Assembly: GCA_963833125.1 (NCBI GenBank)
Contig: CAWHWX010000007.1
Coordinates: 26,486-90,485 of the forward strand
Reading direction: 5' to 3'
From: Candidatus Bathyarchaeota archaeon
Lineage (GTDB): Archaea > Thermoproteota > Bathyarchaeia > 40CM-2-53-6
DNA length: 64,000 nt
Shown here one piece after another: positions 63,996 to 64,000 of this stretch; positions within the stretch are counted from its first letter, which is position 1, and every line of letters begins with the position of its first letter. The notes under the pieces are model-generated. The model was not told the DNA's origin. It ran no database searches and saw nothing but the letters and a program-made list of their open reading frames with translations. A program made the translations under genes and the position numbers.

Positions 63996-64000
63996 ACAAT

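Noticed and set aside
63679-63999. 106-aa minus-strand ORF
   Set aside because: It is the antisense shadow of the intron-containing tRNA-Gly.
1-64000. CRISPR arrays, rRNA genes, transposases and integrases
   Set aside because: No regularly spaced repeats, rRNA signatures or recombinase/transposase motifs were seen.

Overview
This is a 64 kb core-genome segment of a TACK-type archaeon, most similar in my judgement to Bathyarchaeia (inference from gene content and synteny). It is dominated by informational genes: aIF5B, aIF2-gamma, EF-2, ten ribosomal proteins, RNA polymerase E'/Spt4, TFB, the exosome/proteasome/RNase P superoperon, KEOPS (Kae1, Bud32, two Pcc1 paralogs), CysRS, IleRS, FEN1, DNA ligase and Dph6. 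It also carries SAH metabolism genes, an ECF transporter, a P1B ATPase and several secreted or surface proteins. About 25 genes carry 1-2 nt indels, several in homopolymers, which is best explained by an unpolished long-read assembly. Main discovery: the EF-2 gene is interrupted by a 27-nt, stop-containing insertion that folds into a canonical bulge-helix-bulge (BHB) motif. Cutting it at the standard endonuclease sites restores [17 protein letters not shown] exactly, so it is a probable tRNA-endonuclease-type mRNA intron. The same window holds a tRNA-Gly(CCC) with three non-canonical BHB introns. Other highlights are a three-gene archaeal Smc5/6-Nse4-KITE-like operon with upstream palindromic operators, a box C/D guide RNA, an unexplained structured RNA upstream of ileS, a circularly permuted family-5 solute-binding protein and a divergent TGT-fold protein.
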